From a virus (Duplodnaviria; Caudoviricetes): a stretch of 64,000 nt of DNA. A program made the position numbers and the translations under genes. The stretch lies in the IMG/VR virus record IMGVR_UViG_3300035182_001152, one strand, 5' to 3'. Each line of letters begins with the position of its first letter. Position 1 is the stretch's first letter. Under the pieces are notes generated by a model that saw only the letters and a program-made list of their open reading frames with translations, was not told the origin of the DNA and searched no databases. Shown here in pieces: positions 46,468-56,471 of this stretch.

Positions 46468-47001
46468 TCAATTTTGGGTCAAATCGATTGTTGGCATCGG
46501 AAAGCCGTACTTGACCATGAAGGGATCGGGTTTCATTCGATCCAAATCAGCAACTTTTTCTTCCCGGGGGGCGGGATGATTCTTGATCTGCGCGGACGAG
46601 AACAACACGCCCATTGCATCGCGCGCTGTTGCAGCACGTCGTGCCTTAAAGATTTCGTTGTATTTGCGTATCCGTTCCGGATACTTGTCGCTTGCTGCCT
46701 TATACGTATCGGGAGGCAGCGGAGATGGATCGCCAAACGAATTGGGATTTGTAGCGCGATTCTCGTCTCTGACAGTACGTGCCTCTTCCCGGGTCTCACA
46801 CTCTGCAATCTTCGTGTATTTGACGGAGGACATGTCTCCGTTATACAGAGCGCGGAACCGTACGTCAAACCGTGTCACTTCCGAGGCAGTAGTTCGAGCG
46901 CTGCTGAATTCGAGCCATTCTTTGGCCTTGTCCAGGCCACCTTCAACGTATCCAATGTAAACTGGGTCTTGCGACCCTTTCGCTGCGTATACTGTAAACA
47001 C
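46468..47001 (-). CDS. hypothetical protein, possibly degenerate GIY-YIG
   Basis: FTVYAAK..PVYIGYV N-terminus. Confidence 0.5.
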   Translation of the reverse strand: MFTVYAAKGSQDPVYIGYVEGGLDKAKEWLEFSSARTTASEVTRFDVRFRALYNGDMSSVKYTKIAECETREEARTVRDENRATNPNSFGDPSPLPPDTYKAASDKYPERIRKYNEIFKARRAATARDAMGVLFSSAQIKNHPAPREEKVADLDRMKPDPFMVKYGFPMPTIDLTQN

Positions 47002-47274
47002 ACTAGTCTCCGGAAGTTGTGATAATCAACCTTCCGAGAAATCGGTTATCCAGTAAACAACCAATAAAAGGGGAACGCCTGTGGCTCGTGGCCACAGGCG
47101 TTCCATGTTGGGGAGGTTACCTGACCTTGATCAGGCTGAAGCAGCCACCCACGCTGCCGGCGGTAGACACAAGGGCCCACGGCCAAAACGCAGACTCCGT
47201 GACGCTCCAGTCGGAGATCCAGCCGCCGAGCAGAAACACGGCAATGGAAACCAAAGTTGAGCAAATTATGAATT

Positions 47275-47697
47275 TCATGCGGACACCAGTTGCGTCAGAT
47301 TGACGCCCTCGCGATGAGCGAACGAGAGGTTCTCGTACGAAATCGTCACCAGGCCTGCGCGCCGGAGTTCTTCCAGGGGCAGGAGGATGGCGGTCAGGTA
47401 TTCCATCGCCTCGTTCACGTAGTCGTTGGTCAGATCCTCAACGTCCTCACCCTCGGCGGCGAGCAGCATCATCGTCAGGACGATCATGTCGCGGCCCGCT
47501 TGATCCTCAGCAGCAGCTTCAGTGACGTGATGTTGGACTTGCGCAGCGACCTTGTTGAGATCGTGCACATCGAACAGCGACAGGCCAGACAGCCAATCGC
47601 CGAGCGTGAGGTAGTTGCCGACGTTCTCACGCAGTCGGAGCTGCAGACGTGCGACAGCCTTGGCTGCCACGTCCGACAGATTGTTTTCTTGTTCCAT
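47275..47697 (-). CDS. hypothetical protein
   Basis: GAGGA RBS before ATG 47697. Confidence 0.6.
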   Translation of the reverse strand: MEQENNLSDVAAKAVARLQLRLRENVGNYLTLGDWLSGLSLFDVHDLNKVAAQVQHHVTEAAAEDQAGRDMIVLTMMLLAAEGEDVEDLTNDYVNEAMEYLTAILLPLEELRRAGLVTISYENLSFAHREGVNLTQLVSA

Positions 47698-47848
47698 TAC
47701 GCACGCCTTCCTCTTTGCAGTTGCTCTTATGAAAGCTGAATGTGCATCAACTCTCATATCGTACCCGTGAGGGTAAACACCCATTGCCACATCGAAAGTA
47801 GAAGCTCCGTTGGACGTTCCCCCGTCCAACGGACTCCGCGGCGATCGA

Positions 47849-48058
47849 TCAGCGCTTGCGAGTGGTAGGCGCGAACAGCGGCTTGGCGTTGTTGGTCGAC
47901 GTCGACGTCTTGGACAGGCCGGTGCCGACACCGGGGCCGTTGTCATGGACCACGACCTGCGGCTGCTGGTAGATCACCTGCGGTTGCGGTGAGGGGCCAC
48001 AGCCGATCAGGGGTATTGCCATCACGGCAACGGCGAGCATGGTAAGGCGGAATTTCAC
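47849..48058 (-). CDS. small lipoprotein
   Basis: Signal peptide with lipobox LIGC. Confidence 0.55.
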   Translation of the reverse strand: MKFRLTMLAVAVMAIPLIGCGPSPQPQVIYQQPQVVVHDNGPGVGTGLSKTSTSTNNAKPLFAPTTRKR

Positions 48059-48172
48059 AAGCGATCTCCTCTTGGATATGTGACAGAAGCGAGTCTACCG
48101 ATTCCCACGCTTAGTAGCAAATCGGTAGATTTAGGGTAAACCCAGCGGCCTCGCTATTAGGTGTTGGGAGTA

Positions 48173-48733
48173 TCAAATAGTCGGGTCAAACGCGTTTGAC
48201 AGATTCTCACGCTGCTGTTCCGGCGTTTGCTTAATGCCATAGCATTTGTCGATCGCTTGAAGAACAACAGCAGTAATGTGGTTGAACACCGCATCCGTCC
48301 CGCCAAGTTCGCCGCTACTCTCGATGATGTCTCGTAGACATTGATTCAAGTGCCCCTCGATGCACATCGCGTTCTTGATGTCCTGCGCTGACGGTGCGGG
48401 AGTGTTTTCAACGAGGATCGATTCCCACTTGGTCGTCTTTGAGTCGAGGTAGTCTTCCAGCATCTCTGCCAGCTCCGCTCCCGTCTTGTTGGGATAGACG
48501 AGGGCTGCGAGGGCGATTGCGTTCTGGATCACGTCCGCTACTTCACCAATCACCGGCTCCTTGAGCGTCTTGTGTGGCAGATTGCCGAGGCTGTGATTTA
48601 CGGCCTCAGATAGCTCCCCCACTTCTTCCATTAGCTTAAAGCCAACGCCTTCAATGCCCTTGAAGTCTCGGCGCGACATGCCGACGATTCGGTCGACCGT
48701 CTGATACAGTGATGGGTGCTTAATGACTTCCAT
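48173..48733 (-). CDS. MazG-like nucleotide pyrophosphohydrolase
   Basis: KLMEEVGELSEAV..EVADV. Confidence 0.75.
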   Translation of the reverse strand: MEVIKHPSLYQTVDRIVGMSRRDFKGIEGVGFKLMEEVGELSEAVNHSLGNLPHKTLKEPVIGEVADVIQNAIALAALVYPNKTGAELAEMLEDYLDSKTTKWESILVENTPAPSAQDIKNAMCIEGHLNQCLRDIIESSGELGGTDAVFNHITAVVLQAIDKCYGIKQTPEQQRENLSNAFDPTI

Positions 48734-49190
48734 CGTCTGCCCCACAGTCACACGAGTGGCCGCAAGCGTCTTGGCCAGCAAAGTAGTGCTCGGCCCACTG
48801 TGCATGCAGAGGGAAGCAGATCGGGGTGTTGGCATCGATCGCAACCAGCTCTTGAACTTCGTCGTTCTTGACGAACAATTCCAGCGCTTCCAAGGGGAGC
48901 GCGTATTCGGCCGCCAGCATGATCAGCAGACGATTGGTCGGCGTCACTTCCGTGCCAGCAACGATCCAATGTTCCGCAGGGATGTGCAGGCCGGTTTCCT
49001 CTTCGAGTTCCCGCGCCATTGCGGCCTCTGCGGTTTCACCCGCATTAAGGTAGCCTCCGGGGAAGGCGATCCCGCCAATTTGCGGCTCGATGTTGCGGCG
49101 AACACCGAGCAGAAAGGTATCACCAGTCTTTTCGTTGACGAGTTCGATGATGCCGACGGCGACGGGGACGGGGTTGTTGTATTGTTCCAC
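48720..49190 (-). CDS. Nudix hydrolase
   Basis: PGGYLNAGETAEAAMARELEEETGL Nudix box. Confidence 0.9.
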   Translation of the reverse strand: MEQYNNPVPVAVGIIELVNEKTGDTFLLGVRRNIEPQIGGIAFPGGYLNAGETAEAAMARELEEETGLHIPAEHWIVAGTEVTPTNRLLIMLAAEYALPLEALELFVKNDEVQELVAIDANTPICFPLHAQWAEHYFAGQDACGHSCDCGADDGSH

Positions 49191-49604
49191 GGTGATCCTT
49201 TATTTCATGAGAAGTTGCGTTGTTGCCGAAACAAGCACGACAACGACGGGGGGAGTGCGACAGTCCACGATGGGCGCATGGGTGGCGACATGCAGAGGAT
49301 TGAATTGAACCGTTGGTATGCAAATACGCCGTACCCGACTAGCATTGCACCAACGTACCACCCAAGGCCGAACACTAGGGCGTGTTTGATGATTTCCGAC
49401 ATCAGTTCATCCTGCAGGTAGAGACGAACATCGCCGTCCCGTTTGTGCCGCGGGTGACTTGGCTCGTCATCGTCGTGCTGTAGCAACTGTCTGAGTACTT
49501 CTTGTACTGTTGCGTCACCTCATGACGGTAGCCGTAAAAGTACGAACCCAAGAAGGCAGCAGCCAACAGCACGAGAATCGCAGCAACGGATGCGTATAGC
49601 TTGA

Positions 49605-50036
49605 TCATTTGATTTCCTTGATAGAGCCGTAGTCGTATTCGTATTTGACGTTTGGCTTGATTCCGTCAACGCCCACGGTGAACACAATTACCGTTTCGTT
49701 GAACCCCATTGGATACCACAGCTCGAATGTTGCACCATCGCCACCCGATACTGTTCCGTAGTCATGCAACACGGCAGTTCCACCAGCGCCGGTTACAACT
49801 TCACCACCGGCACCTGCTTCTGATCGCCCAAAGTTTCCTGATTGGGCAACCCCGTACAATCCTGCCTTTGCCGCGCCGTGATCGCCGACGATCGATGTGC
49901 CGTAGCGACCTGAGATTGCTGTTCCACAGTTTCCAGCAACGGCGCGAGCAAGGTTGCCGTCGCCTGTGTGAGCTAGCTCGTTGTCACCAACGATGACAAC
50001 TTGATTGTCCATTCCCTTGCGCGACATCAGGTCCAC
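49605..50036 (-). CDS. Gly/Ala-rich short-repeat protein
   Basis: Repeating octamer-like xGxxGxA units; VGVDGIKPNVKY end. Confidence 0.6.
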   Translation of the reverse strand: MDLMSRKGMDNQVVIVGDNELAHTGDGNLARAVAGNCGTAISGRYGTSIVGDHGAAKAGLYGVAQSGNFGRSEAGAGGEVVTGAGGTAVLHDYGTVSGGDGATFELWYPMGFNETVIVFTVGVDGIKPNVKYEYDYGSIKEIK

Positions 50037-50192
50037 CCCAGGGCTACAGCGGCGAGCACGGATACAGCAATTACACTAAGAACGATCCACATTCCGGTGT
50101 TGCTTTCCGCGGCGGTGCCGCTATCATATTCAATCATCACAGGCTCCCTCGTTCGTTAGATGAGTCTACTGTACCGAAACCCAAAAATAGAT

Positions 50193-50486
50193 TCAACCAA
50201 AAATTGGGCCGGCGTACTGAACTCCAGTTGCTGGTTTTGGTAGGTGTTGTTCGTCGGAAGGGTGCATTTCACCGGCAGCACGGCCAAGGGTGCCGTAATA
50301 CTCATCATCTTCCACTGCAATGACGGCAATCTGCTTCATCGTCTGTTGGTAAGTCGGCGAAGGGTTTTGGTTTTTGATCACCATACAGTGTGTGCTCTCA
50401 CCAGCAGCCTCACGGTCGAGCTTAGACAGTAGGGCTAGCAAATTCCGACGGCTAAGATATACTTTTGGCGTTGAATTCGTGATCAT
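50193..50486 (-). CDS. hypothetical protein
   Basis: 97 aa. Confidence 0.55.
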   Translation of the reverse strand: MITNSTPKVYLSRRNLLALLSKLDREAAGESTHCMVIKNQNPSPTYQQTMKQIAVIAVEDDEYYGTLGRAAGEMHPSDEQHLPKPATGVQYAGPIFG

Positions 50487-50688
50487 TTGATTTATCCTGA
50501 TTCCCCATCATCACTATCTCTCCACAGGGGGACAACTTCCGATAAGTGTTACATCCCAATCCCCAGAGCTCCAATGACACAACAGGTTGACTTGTCAACC
50601 GGCGTACACTTGGTAGGTGACACCATGCTCCCAAAGAGATACGTTGACGATGCTGTTGTAACTGAAAGGCGTCTCCCAGCGCCTTTGA

Positions 50689-51858
50689 TTATGACAGATG
50701 GATCCGAGCGAAATTTCGCTTACCTACTTGCATCACGTAGGTGCCTGGTTCGATCACGCGCCTTTTGTCTTGCTCGACCACACCGTCGATGCGGATCCCA
50801 CGCTGTTCGATCTTTCGCCCGGCTTCAGACATCGAGGGGCACAGGCCAGATTCCTTTAGCAAGGATGTGACAGGACGAGCGCCGCCTGATGCATAGAAGT
50901 CGCGCACTTCTGCCGGAATTCCACCGTTAGAACGGTTGACAAAGTCGTCATGCGCACGATCTGCCAGTTCTGCGGAATGGAACCGCGTAACCAGTTCTTT
51001 TGCAAAGGTGACCTTGATGTCTCGGCAGTTGACATCAGAACGACGAACAAGGGCTTGCGCGACCAGCTGTCCGTTACCGCTGAGCAGCGGAATCCAATCC
51101 CACATCAGCTTGTCGCTGATTGCCATCACCTGCGAGAACATCTGTTCGGGTGGCGTAGCAACACCGATGTAGTTGTTCTTCGACTTCGACATCTTGTGCG
51201 TGCCGTCCGTCCCGACCAGCAGCGGCATCGTCAGAATGCACTGCGGAGATAGCCCGTAGGCTTCTTGCAGCTGACGACCAACCATCAGGTTGAACGTCTG
51301 ATCTGTGCCACCGATCTCCAAGTCCGCATTGAGTGCGACGGAATCGTAGCCTTGTAGCAGGGGGTACAGGAACTCGTGGATGCTAATTGGAGTTTGAGCC
51401 TGCAGCCGCTTGGCGAAATCGTCCCGCTCAAGCATTCGAGCGACAGTGTGCTTGGCAGCGAGTTCGACCAGCCCACGTGCACCAAGCGCGTTGCACCACT
51501 CGCTGTTCCAGCGGACCTCCGTCTTCGATTGGTCGAGCACCTTCCACGCTTGATCGCAGTACGTCTCCGCGTTCAGTTGAATCTGATGGTGAGACAGTAC
51601 CGGTCGGGTGGAGTTGCGGCCAGACGGATCGCCAATCGCGGCTGTGAAGTCACCGATTAGCAGAATTACCGTATGCCCAAGATCCTGCAGTTGCCGTAGC
51701 TTCTGCAGGACGACGACGTGCCCGAAGTGAATGTCGGGAGCGGTTGGGTCGAACCCGAGCTTGATCCGAAGCGGCACGCCGGTCTGTTGGGACTTCAGCA
51801 GCTTCTTTTCCCACTCGTCGCGCGGCGTCAGAGAGACGCTACCCGCGATAGTGGTCAT
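50689..51858 (-). CDS. tyrS: tyrosyl-tRNA synthetase
   Basis: GFDPTAPDIHFGH (HIGH-like), LQGYDSV, GGTDQ.FN, KMSKS, C-terminal S4 domain VGKR. Confidence 0.95.
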   Translation of the reverse strand: MTTIAGSVSLTPRDEWEKKLLKSQQTGVPLRIKLGFDPTAPDIHFGHVVVLQKLRQLQDLGHTVILLIGDFTAAIGDPSGRNSTRPVLSHHQIQLNAETYCDQAWKVLDQSKTEVRWNSEWCNALGARGLVELAAKHTVARMLERDDFAKRLQAQTPISIHEFLYPLLQGYDSVALNADLEIGGTDQTFNLMVGRQLQEAYGLSPQCILTMPLLVGTDGTHKMSKSKNNYIGVATPPEQMFSQVMAISDKLMWDWIPLLSGNGQLVAQALVRRSDVNCRDIKVTFAKELVTRFHSAELADRAHDDFVNRSNGGIPAEVRDFYASGGARPVTSLLKESGLCPSMSEAGRKIEQRGIRIDGVVEQDKRRVIEPGTYVMQVGKRNFARIHLS

Positions 51859-52346
51859 GAACGGTTGTTCAACAGCCGGGATGATCACACGCCGTCCCTG
51901 AACAGCTTGACGAGTCCGACGATCACGGTTATGCCAAACAGCATGTAGAAGCCGAACACCACTCCTGCGCCAATCAGTGCGCCCGTCAGGAACGCGCTGC
52001 AGCTCAGACCACCAATAAAGGCGCCGATTGCAGCGCCTGCACACATCCATTTCAACATTGTTTTTCTCCTGTGAAAATCCGTATACGTGAGCAGGTTGGT
52101 GAATCGATGTGTTACACTTACACCAGCAGTCAGCATGTCCCTTATCCGGAAAGGTCCACGTTTATCTAACGCCCTGCTCGTTACGCAGGATAACCGAAGC
52201 TCAAATCCAACTCTGCTCGCGTATACAGACGAGGATGGGGCTGTGATTCTGGCCGCCCCACCTTTTTGACGTTTCCAGGCAAACAGTGCAGCAATACGTA
52301 GCACCACACGTATTGCTGCTGGATTATGAGACCAGCAGCAAATCGC

Positions 52347-52586
52347 TTACTTGCGACGGGCCGGGAAGCCGTTGTCGTGACCGCCGGAGCGGCTGTTGTA
52401 CGAGTGCGTGCGTTCGTTCGCACGTTCGCCGAACTTCGGATGATCCGGGCCCTTCGACACGGTGAACTTGTAGTGCTCCGGCTTGTCGTCCTTTGCGGGG
52501 ACCTTCGCACCGCGAGCGACCTTCGCCGCCTCCTTGGTTTCGAAGTATTGGACCGGGGTGGTGTTCAGTTGATAGATGCGCTTCAT
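52347..52586 (-). CDS. small basic hypothetical protein
   Basis: GGAG RBS, MKRIYQLN. Confidence 0.55.
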   Translation of the reverse strand: MKRIYQLNTTPVQYFETKEAAKVARGAKVPAKDDKPEHYKFTVSKGPDHPKFGERANERTHSYNSRSGGHDNGFPARRK

Positions 52587-52649
52587 GGCCTTTGCTCCAC
52601 GCTGTTGATGAAAATTGTTCGGACATTGCCCATTAGGCAATCTGCGAAC

Positions 52650-53160
52650 AACTTAGAAGCAACGGTGAGGATTCGGCTCACCGCCACCTATTTTCAAAAC
52701 CCCTACCACCGATCTGGCGCACCTTTGTGGCGTGCTGGGCGTTTCCCGACGACCGTACCGTCGTTGATAAATCTCTGCGTCATTGCTAGGGCGTACGTGC
52801 TTTAGCAATCAGAGGATGTCCGAGTATGTGTTCTCCTAAGGCGTAAACTACTCGCAGTGTCAGTAATATGTGTGGGTGGAGTCCCAGGCCCTCTCACGCT
52901 ACGGAATCGACCGTATGCCCTGACATATTACCAAGACAGCAAGGCGGGATATGCACCCGCTCCCATACTCTCAGAGTCTCCACCAGTCCCAGATACGACA
53001 TCTTCTCTGGGGTTAGACCAACGACGTAGTGGCCACTACAATCTGTCAGTCGGCGACCGATCACCTTCAAGGGCCCGATCGGCTAGGACCTATCTTCCAA
53101 AGAGCAACCCCAACCACGAGGATCTGCTTCACTCAACCTCGCAGTTTTACGTGCAACGTT
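52650..53160 (-). ncRNA. candidate large structured RNA
   Basis: About 500 nt with no credible ORF, many hairpins and two T-arm-like motifs. Confidence 0.4.
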
Positions 53161-53429
53161 TCGTTCAACCGATGAATCTATTCTATGGAGAAACCCTAAT
53201 TAACGCAACCGACTAACGGGTGTAAACGTAAACCAGCGGAGATGGCCGATCACCACGTTGTTCTGCTTGATCGTCAGGCGAGCCCCAACCGCCCATGCAA
53301 CAGCAAGAGCAGACAGTAGCAACCCGATCAGGATCACAGCCAGCACGACCATCGCTGGGACGAGTACGCAAGCTAGTGCGATCTTTGCAACTGCACCAAA
53401 GAATTGACCGAGCACGATCAGTAGTTGTT

Positions 53430-53612
53430 TCATTTGCACACCTTTTGCACCACGTATGCTGCCGCAAATCCGACAGCAAGATACGGAGCGAGGTGAATGA
53501 TCAGGGCGCCGATTGTGGCGAGAATTCCAACGCCAAATACGAACGCAGGGAGAAGGCACACCACTGCGAGAGTGGTCAGCACAGCAACAAGGGCAATCTT
53601 CAGAGGAGTCAT
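53430..53612 (-). CDS. small membrane protein
   Basis: 60 aa hydrophobic. Confidence 0.5.
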   Translation of the reverse strand: MTPLKIALVAVLTTLAVVCLLPAFVFGVGILATIGALIIHLAPYLAVGFAAAYVVQKVCK

Positions 53613-53663
53613 TTTACGTCACCAGTTACACAAAGTACTGATATCGTATAGGTCACCCTGTTA

Positions 53664-53930
53664 TTACGCAACAGCTGCCGGTACAGTTGGCACAGCGGAG
53701 GACGACCTGATCATCTTCCACTCTTCGAACTTCTTGCCTTCCGGCTCGACAGTGAACGACAGCACAACATTCTTGTTGTCAAGTGGTCGCCACTGCTTGA
53801 TCCCTGTCAGTTTGTGGCACTTGCCATCAATCTCAACCAGAATGTCTAGATCGGGATGACAGATCCCAAATTGGTGTTGCAGTGTGCCGATTGTTGCGCC
53901 GTCCGGCCAGTCGACTAATTGAATTGTCAT
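53664..53930 (-). CDS. hypothetical protein
   Basis: GGAGG RBS. Confidence 0.6.
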   Translation of the reverse strand: MTIQLVDWPDGATIGTLQHQFGICHPDLDILVEIDGKCHKLTGIKQWRPLDNKNVVLSFTVEPEGKKFEEWKMIRSSSAVPTVPAAVA

Positions 53931-54267
53931 GGAGCCTCCTGAAAGACTCCACCTTCAACTAACCGGATTGTTATGTCAACCGATCACGTATGTGTGGTTG
54001 ATCAGACGCTCACACATCTCACTGCGCCGCATTACAGCAACTCCGTATTTGTCGCCATCCATCCTGCGAACGTGGACGCAGTAGTCGCTGTAGTTGTTGT
54101 CGGCCCGCAGGAAGAACTCGCTCGGGATGGGCTGAGCGTCGACGTTCGTCAGATATACATTGTCGAACCCAGCAGTTGCGACAATCATCTCACGACCATC
54201 GACGAGCACGTGCACACCAGCTCGCACCATCATGATTTGTTCCGGGGTCTCGTTCAGGTTGATCACG

Positions 54268-54648
54268 TCAGTTTCCTTCAACCATCGACATCGCGTTGTC
54301 ACGCAGATTGAACGACGCCATCTTTCTGGCGATCGGAACGAGCACATCCGGGTCGAGGTGCGGGTTATATATCGAAGCACCACGGTAGCGGAAGAATTCC
54401 CGCATCTCGTGCAGCTCTGCCCGCTCGATCAAGTGGAACACTTCACTGACGACCTCCTGGCGGCACATATGCGGAGACAGGTATGCTTTCGCACCTCGCC
54501 ACGGAACTATCTCCTGGGTAACGCTATCCAGCGTTGTCGCCCCGATCTGCAGGTACGGACGGTGGCCATCCGTTGACAGTGTGATCGTCCAACCCGGCTT
54601 GTACGTGATCTCGCCCACGATCTGCTGCATCTGCTCGAACGTCAACAT
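54268..54648 (-). CDS. hypothetical protein
   Basis: GGAG RBS, 126 aa. Confidence 0.6.
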   Translation of the reverse strand: MLTFEQMQQIVGEITYKPGWTITLSTDGHRPYLQIGATTLDSVTQEIVPWRGAKAYLSPHMCRQEVVSEVFHLIERAELHEMREFFRYRGASIYNPHLDPDVLVPIARKMASFNLRDNAMSMVEGN

Positions 54649-54935
54649 CGCTGATCTCCATCTATCGTGTGATCAGTCGATCGTAACCCTTACAGCTGCG
54701 AACGACAATAGGGTTAGACGGTTCTCGCCGGCAGGCTGATTTCAGCCAAGATGTTCGGCTCAACAACAGCGATCAGCCAGCAGCTGTTATCCTTCAGTTG
54801 AGCAGACAGCAGGCCCCTCGTCCCGTTGTAGTTTGTCGACTTCATCCAACCGACGAATTGGTCGTCATGGATTCGTTCCCACCCAGCAACCCACTCCAGT
54901 TCCAGCAACTGGTCGTACTTTGTCTTCTTGAGGGA

Positions 54936-55208
54936 TCATTGGGTGTACTGTTGGTGGAACATATCGTCCGGCATCACCCCAACATCATCACCGGTGAACA
55001 CCACCCACTCGCCGACGCACACCTTGACCAGATGGTCTCCGAACTTCACAGCTCGGCACGTCGGCCCGAACGCCTCCAGGCCCTTCGGGATCTCGCGCAG
55101 CGTGTCGCCGCGCTCGGTGCACTTGACGATGTCGAGGCCGCGGATGTTCGTCTCGTGACCGGTATACCGGACCGCGTCAACAGTCGGATGCTTTGCATGG
55201 TACAGCAT
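54936..55208 (-). CDS. hypothetical protein
   Basis: AAGGAG RBS; VGEWVV..PDDMFHQQY. Confidence 0.6.
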   Translation of the reverse strand: MLYHAKHPTVDAVRYTGHETNIRGLDIVKCTERGDTLREIPKGLEAFGPTCRAVKFGDHLVKVCVGEWVVFTGDDVGVMPDDMFHQQYTQ

Positions 55209-55220
55209 GTGTACTCCTTG

Positions 55221-55523
55221 TTAGTTGGTCAATGCGTCAGACAGCGCCCGACTAGCAAGCGCATCCTCCAGGAAGGTGGCCTCGATGTCACGCATCAGGG
55301 CGTCGTGGTAGTACTTCTCCATTCTTTCCCGGTCGGAGTGATTGATCGACACCATGCACGGGATCCCGGATGAGTTGTCCTCCAGGTACTTCCCGTGCAA
55401 CTTCATCAGCGCCCATGCATGGGCGGAGCGCTTGACACGGTCCCAGGCGCCACCCTGCAGCTTGACTGCCTGCGTCAGTTGCTTGACCACTTCCTGCAGC
55501 TGGTCTTGGTCGAGTACCATCAA
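55221..55523 (-). CDS. hypothetical protein
   Basis: 100 aa. Confidence 0.55.
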   Translation of the reverse strand: MMVLDQDQLQEVVKQLTQAVKLQGGAWDRVKRSAHAWALMKLHGKYLEDNSSGIPCMVSINHSDRERMEKYYHDALMRDIEATFLEDALASRALSDALTN

Positions 55524-55538
55524 CTATACACCTTCGGT

Positions 55539-55574
55539 GAGAGATCGGCGACTACGCGTAGTCGCCGATCTCTC
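55539..55574. repeat. perfect 36-bp palindrome
   Basis: GAGAGATCGGCGACTACG/CGTAGTCGCCGATCTCTC. Confidence 0.95.
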
Positions 55575-55656
55575 GTTGCTTTGGAAGAGGAGGGGGTCGA
55601 CGAGTCGCTTGTCGAGTTCGTTTAAGACCAGTATACTGATTGTCCGTACGATCGCG

Positions 55657-56022
55657 TTAGGGGGACAACACCGGGTCGGGAACAGGGAACAGGGAACAGG
55701 GAACAGGGAACAGGGAACAGGGAACAGGGAACAGGGAACAGGGAACAGGGAACAGGGAACAGGGAACAGGGAACAGCAAGTACGGTTGGGTCGCGACCTT
55801 GTTCGCCCGATGATCAGCCCACCCGTCGTCCGTCTGTTCACCGTTAATGAACACCTTGCGGCTGATCATCTTCAGGGACACCCAGCCGGAAGAAGAGAAC
55901 TTGATCGTGCGACCAATCACAACAGACGCCCGGCTACCTTCCGTTGAGGTGTACCCGTACGTCGCACCGAGAACAACTTCGTTCCCGAGTGCATCTTTGG
56001 TTGGTAGTTGCTTGCGGCTCAT
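55657..56022 (-). CDS. hypothetical protein ending in a heptamer-encoded repeat
   Basis: MSRKQLPTKDALGNEV...PYLLFPV(PCSLFPV)4PDPVLSP. Confidence 0.55.
   Translation of the reverse strand: MSRKQLPTKDALGNEVVLGATYGYTSTEGSRASVVIGRTIKFSSSGWVSLKMISRKVFINGEQTDDGWADHRANKVATQPYLLFPVPCSLFPVPCSLFPVPCSLFPVPCSLFPVPDPVLSP
55678..55775. repeat. tandem heptamer (GGGAACA)x14
   Basis: 14 perfect units counted. Confidence 0.95.
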
Positions 56023-56307
56023 CATCGGTGGTTGTAGTAGTAGCCCAATCCGAGCGTGGCTTGAATGAACACAGCGAAAGTTGACAGTAGGACCCACCAG
56101 TTCCCCGGGACGATCCTCAGGTTCGTTTCCAAGAACGTAGTCATCCCCAGGATCACCACTGTTCCGCCACAGAACACGAGGATCAGCATCCCCAGGATCA
56201 CGACCAGCAAATTTGGCTTGCGGCATTTCATGTTCGGTCCTTTACAGATTCAACAGGCTACCGCGGTAGCCTGGAGGCAGACCGAGATAGCTGGTTATTT
56301 GGTTGCA

Positions 56308-56333
56308 GGAGCCAGGTTCGGGAGCCAGGTTCG
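56308..56333. repeat. tandem 13-mer x2
   Basis: GGAGCCAGGTTCG twice in a GC-rich intergenic region. Confidence 0.8.
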
Positions 56334-56471
56334 GGAGGGATCGGCACAGGGACGACCGGCCCGGTTCCACTACACAGGCAGATCGATGAGCCCAGCGCCC
56401 ACCCTGCCGGCCCGGTTGGGCCGTTCGGCTTTTTCACCGGCCACAGTAGTAGCCGAGAGGCGGCACAGCAC

